From contig NGBS01001191.1 in assembly GCA_002245135.1 (NCBI GenBank), positions 1 through 57,562 of the forward strand: a stretch of DNA of 57,562 nt, given 5' to 3'. A program made the translations under genes and the position numbers. This stretch comes from Proteromonas lacertae (Eukaryota). How positions within the stretch are numbered: position 1 is the stretch's first letter; each line of letters starts with the position of its first letter. The notes under the pieces were generated by a model. That model was not told the origin of the DNA. It worked only from the letters and a program-made list of their open reading frames with translations, and did no database searches. Shown here piece by piece: positions 52,004 through 57,562 of this stretch.

Positions 52004-54941
52004 TAATATAGTGGTCATACAGATGGTGTGACATCTGTAACATTTAGTAATGATTGTTACTATATAGCTAGTGCAGGTAGTACATCTGATTTGACAATCA
52101 AACTTTGGTCTGTTTTACCTGAGGAATATGAAAAGACAGGTGTTTCTGGTCATGGTGATATTGATCAATTCTTACCTCCAGGTCAAGCTGAGACATTTCA
52201 TTGTCAGTATCACGGTGGATGCAATCTTAGAGCTGGTGATAGTGGTTATTGTGATATTGTGGAACATCAGAGAGATAAATTGAGAGAAAATATTATTAAA
52301 CAGAATGGTGAGAAGTTGAGAAATGAAACTGCTAATTACTTGAATTCTTCAGAAGGTAAAGCTCAATTGAGGAAACAAGTTGAAGAGACAGTACAGAAAT
52401 CAATAGAACAACATGCAAAAGAAGTAGAAGAAGCAGGAATTAGTTTGTTAAGAAAGGTTGTACCATCTCAAGAAGATGTTGATCGATTAATTGAAGAAGC
52501 AAAGCAAATGGCTTTAGAAATGGCTGAAGAAGAAGGTAAATCAATTGGTAATGAAGTATTTAGTAAGATTAGAATTGTAGAGGAATTAGATCCAATGGAA
52601 ACTGGTGGATTAATCAGAACATTTGAACAATCAATTCCAAATGAAGTTAGATGTGTATATTTTATATAATTTTAATTATTCTTTATATAGTCTCATTATT
52701 CTTGGATTACTAGTTTAGAATTCTCACCAGATGATAAGATATTAGCAAGTGCAAGTGGTGATGGAACTATCAAACTATGGCATGTAGAAAGTGGATGGTT
52801 AATTCGTACTATGTATTGTCATGGAGAATGTATTAATTGCTGTAAATTTTATGATGATGGTAATCAAATAGTCTCAGCAGGTACAAGTGGTATTCTTACA
52901 TTATGGAGTGTTCGAAGTGGTACTAAACGTTTAGAATATCATGGACATAAAGATTCCATAATGGATTGTTGTTATAATCAGTATAGTGGAAGATTAGCAA
53001 CTGGATGTTATGATAAAAGTGTTGGTATTTGGCAAGTCATTCCTCAAGGACCAGGTATCCCTCATAAACCTGTGATTACAAATCCAATTACTGATATTAT
53101 GAATAGAAATGCAGCTGTACAAGTTAACTTTAGAGCTCCGCCTGCTAATGGTGCTGCTATTACTCACTATCGTGTTCAATATAGATTAGAGAATCAAAGT
53201 AAATATGATAATGAAGTTACTATTAAAATTGCAAGTATATTTATTTTTATTTATAATATAAATTAATTATTATAGATCCTGAAGCTTATGTAACAATCCC
53301 AGTCAAAGATTTAATACCAGGAGAGTATTATAGATTTAAAGTAGCAGCTGTTAATACAGAATGTTCAAGTGAATTTAGTGAAGAATCTGATTCAATTAAA
53401 ACAGCACCATCCAGTATTTTTTATATATAATTGTTTTTATTATAATAGTACCTGATACATGTGATCAACCAGAAGTAGTTAAAATCTTACCAAGAGCAAT
53501 GACTATCAAATTCCATTGTCCATCTTCAATGGGTAATGATATTTTGAACTTTGTAGTGCAAGTACGAGGAGGTGGTAATAGAGAATGGGGATCTATTAAA
53601 GATGTGAAGATTGATCATGATACTGCTATTCATGAAGGTGTTGTTTATGAACAATTGAGAGAAAAAGTATAAATATTATATTGTTGTTATTTATTGTTTT
53701 ATATAGATAAGAAAATCAACACAATTTGATTATAAATCATTGAATATTAGAGCATTAGTTTACCCTACTAAAACAATAGAAGAAATCAAGAATGAAATGG
53801 AAGATGAACAAGAAGAGTTAGAATTGAAAATGATTAATCAGAAATTAAAGAAAATAGGAAGAGGTTCAATTTGTTGTATAAAAGTAGAAAATCTCAAACC
53901 AGGTTTGCCATATCAATTTAGAGTAAGTGCTGAGAATTCCTTAGGTTTAGCTGATTTTAGTGTTCCCTCTTTAACTACAATGACTGCTGCAGACAGTATA
54001 TTTATGCAATTATTTATATAAATATAGTTCCTGCAAAATGTCCAACTCCAAGAGTAGTAAATATCACAAGAGATTCAATAGAATTAGAAATCATTCCACC
54101 ATTTGATAATGGAGGTATTTTGATCAATTATAAATTAAAAATGGATAATAATGAAGTGTTACTCAAATCAGATGATTTTCATTATACATTTAAACACTTA
54201 AAACCTGGTGAATATCATCAATTCAGTGTTTGCGCTAAGAATCAAGAAGGTTGGGGTGAATGGAGTGATATTTTAGGACCAATTTGTGCAACAATTTCAA
54301 TTCCAAATGTTCCACCTCCACCATCACTTATCAAACCAACCAGTATCTCATTAGTCGCACGAATATTTCCACCTGATAATGATAATGGTTCAAAGATAAC
54401 AAAGTATCATTTTGAATTGTATTATGCTGATAAAGACAGTAGAGTATTTAGTATTACAATTGATCCAAACACATTGGAATTAATAGAGAATAGTTATTAT
54501 GAATATTTCATCAACGATTTACGAAGTGACCAAGAATATAATTCAAGAATTGCAGCTGAAAATAGCCTTGGTATTAGTAATTATAGTTCATTCTCGTTAA
54601 TTACATCTACATTAGCTCCAACTGAACCAGTTTGTCCGCCTTTTGTTAATGTTGTTGCACTTACCTCTGAATATATATCAATAGAATGGGGAGTTCCCTT
54701 TGATGGTGGTGCTGCTATTTTGGGGTATAAAATAACTGAGAGAATTAATGAATTGGGTGAGTTTGATAACATGATTGAAGTTGGGAATAAAACTCAACAT
54801 ACTTTTTATGATGTAAAAGAAGGAAATACGTATGAGTTTTGTGTATATGCTTATAATTGTGTTGGTGATAGTGAAAGTGGAACTAAAACTGATTTAATTA
54901 ATGTTCCTATGACAATTGAACATATAATGTCAAATTATTAA
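50867..54941 (+). CDS. WD40-repeat plus multiple fibronectin type III domain protein
   Basis: GH...SCSEDKTIRIW-type repeats, then FN3 motifs (PPANGAAITHYRV, LKPGLPYQFRVSAEN, PFDGGAAILGY); about 8 introns. Confidence 0.88.
51737..51787 (+). other. U12-type intron, AT-AA, 51 nt
   Basis: Donor ATATCATTTT, branch TTTCTTTAAT. Removal gives SCSND|HTVRVWD, matching the spacing of SCSEDKTIRIW in the same gene. Confidence 0.8.
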
Positions 54942-55036
54942 ATTAATTGTAGTTATTTTCATTGTATATGTGTTGAACGAATAAAATAAATACAATAATA
55001 ATAATCTATTCTTATAATATATTAAAATGATAGAAA

Positions 55037-55881
55037 TTAAAGTGAATAGTCCAGAATAAATTCTTTATAATCCCAATTACCTTTAACTGAGAATGGATCA
55101 CTTATAACTACACCATCTGAACTTACTTTACCAAGAATAAACTAATAAAAATATATAACTTAATAAAAATACTCGATTTAAAGCACGATCATGACGATAT
55201 GTTGCGATTTTCATACATTCTTCTATCAAACCTTTACATTCACCTTCACTTATATTCTCATGCCATTGATTTCGAAGTAAAGGAGTGGCTAAATGAGACC
55301 AAAATCCTGTACAAATGAAATTATCAGTGTATTCACTGCCTAAATAATCGCTTATTCCTAAATAGGGTTTGGCATTCTCTATTCCAGCAAATAATAAACT
55401 ATTACAAATAAAATCACCTTTGTTTCTTCTTCGGTATTGTAAAGTAGAAAAATAGGAATTCAATTTGGAAGCTTTTATTTCTTCTTGATCATTTAAACAA
55501 TATTCTGCTATTCTATTTCAAACAATAAATATAAATAACATATAAATATAAAAATATACAATTTCTTTTCTATCTCATCTTTCACAAATTGAAAATCACT
55601 CATATCACCACTGGCACCAACTAGAGTGTGTTTACCTACTGACATCAATCTTTTGGTGTTTTTGAACATCTTCATTGAACCATACGTTGCTATTTATTAT
55701 CAATAAATACAGCAATATTTTATACTTAAGGTATCACATGCCATCATTACACCATCGGAGTATTTTACAGCTAAAACACCTCCAGCCATACAAACAGGAC
55801 TTCTACATCATATATATGCATAATATAATACGATGTTATTTGTGTTGGTTGTGAAACTGGAACTTGAATCTTGGGATACAT
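55037..55881 (-). CDS. PSMB4: Proteasome beta7 (PSMB4), copy 2
   Basis: Same protein as copy 1; the exonic substitutions I found are synonymous. Confidence 0.88.
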
Positions 55882-55962
55882 TAAATTCAATTTTAAGAAA
55901 AGAAGAAGTAAAAGAACATGTAAATTACCTTCAAATCTATTTTGAATATTTATTTGCATTTT

Positions 55963-57562
55963 ATGTCAGAAGAAGTATATCCGACAATAGGTGAATGTAC
56001 GAATGGAGTAGATACAGATGATAATGGTGTGACAAGTATATTGATAATTAGTAATAAATTTTGTTTAGGTCTTGAAAGTTTATGTCCAAACTGTGAGAAG
56101 AATGGTGTGACGAAGATATTATTAACCAAAATCCCATTTTTTCGAGATATAATCTTGATGGCTTTTGAATGTATATTTTATGAAAATTATATAATAAAAT
56201 GAAAAATAATACTGAAATTGAATAGGTGGTCATTGTGGTTTTAAGAATAGTGAAGTTCAAAGTGGAAGTGAAATATCAGAAAAAGGTTGTTTATATCACT
56301 TTAACAGTTTCAAATGAAAAAGTATGATTTGTAATTTATTTAATGTATGTTTGTGAATAGGATTTGAATCGACAAGTAATAAAGTCCAATTCTGGTGTAG
56401 TTCGAATTCCTGAGTTAGATTTTGAAATTCCTTCCATAACTCAACAAGGAGTATTATCAACAATAGAAGGTATAATAATGTCTGCTCGAGATGCGATATT
56501 AATGGGTCAAGAAGAACGAAGAAAGATCGATCCAACAGTAACAGCTCAAATAGATTTATTTATTCAAAATCTATCAAAGTATTTTTTGTTTGTTTATTTA
56601 TTTATTTACTAGATTAATAACTCCAGAAGGAATGCCATTCCATTTTATATTAGATGATCCAGCAGGTCAGTCTTTTATAGAGAATCCATATGCTCCACAC
56701 AGTGATCCAAGATTAGAAATGAATACATATTTCCGAACAAAAGAACAACAAATAGCTTTAGGAGTTGCTTTACCAGATGATATAGCCAATGAGAATGGAG
56801 AAGAGAATAAAGATGAAAATGTAAGTGATTATGATAGTTTAAAGATAAAAGAAGAAAAGATCCGTTTTGATAGTAGTAGTACAAATACTGAGAAAGAAGT
56901 GATGGAATTTGAAACAAATTGTTATGCTTGTAGTAAGAAAGGGTTCAACGAAGATGTGTGTAACAGATATACCTAATTTCAAAGAAATAATAATAATGTC
57001 ATTTCAATGTGATCATTGTGGATATAAATGTAATGAAATAAAAGGAGGAGGTGCAATTCCAAGTGAAGGTGAAATAATCACATTGAAAGTGACAAAAGAA
57101 ACAAGTCATGAAGATTTAACTCGAGATTTTATCAAAAGTGATTCAGCTGAAATAGAAATACCAGAATTAGATTTCAGTATGGAACCTGGAACAATGGGTG
57201 GAATGTATACTTCAGTTGAAGGTGTATTAGCAGTAATAATTGAGAAAATTGGAATGGGATTGAATTATTATTTTGATGGAGATTCAGCTGCAAAAGAAAG
57301 AAAAGTAGAATTTGAAAAATTTATAAATGAGTTAAAACTATGCAAAGATGGAAAAGAGAGATTTTAGTTTGATAGTAAAAGATCCATTAGCTAATAGTTG
57401 GATATTCAGTCCATGTGAAGTTGATGAAAGATTAAAAGTCGAAAAATATACACGTTCTGAAGAAGAGAATGAAGATTTAGGAATATTAGACATGAAAACT
57501 GATAATTATACAACTGAATTAACGACAATAAATGATGGAGAGAAAGAAGAAGAAGAAAATGA
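55963..57562 (+). CDS. ZPR1: ZPR1, copy 2 (extra 1-nt insertions near 56941 and 57352; assembly error or pseudogene)
   Basis: Near-identical to 22419-24018. Confidence 0.8.

Larger units (their letters stand above)
55013..57562. repeat. Copy 2 of the PSMB4-ZPR1 duplication (runs to the window end)
   Basis: Near-identical to 21468-24018. Confidence 0.95.

Overview
Very AT-rich, gene-dense eukaryotic nuclear DNA using the standard genetic code, with many tiny GT-AG introns (mostly about 26-50 nt, donor usually GTAT) and intergenic gaps often under 110 bp. This architecture and the histone H3 sequence suggest a stramenopile such as Blastocystis or a relative; that is inference, not proof. About 22 distinct genes are present: a giant coiled-coil protein, a GPI-type surface protein, MCM4, histone H3, an ankyrin protein, NEDD1, HUS1, proteasome beta7, ZPR1, PP2A B56-like, a dsRBD/DExH pseudo-helicase, nucleoredoxin, sphingosine kinase, TAF13, TXNL4B/Dim2, a CAMK-type kinase, SAS6-like, a ~12 kb receptor, a WD40-FN3 protein and three unknowns. 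The beta7+ZPR1 pair recurs at the window end. Main discovery: six minor-spliceosome (U12-type) introns among roughly 90 hand-counted introns. All start ATATCATTT or ATATCTTTT and carry a (C)TTAAT branch motif, and four of the six need AT-AA termini to keep frame. The minor-spliceosome factor TXNL4B is encoded in the same window. Second: a giant class C GPCR-like receptor with about nine tandem Venus-flytrap modules. Scattered single-base frameshifts look like long-read assembly errors, so exon boundaries are provisional.
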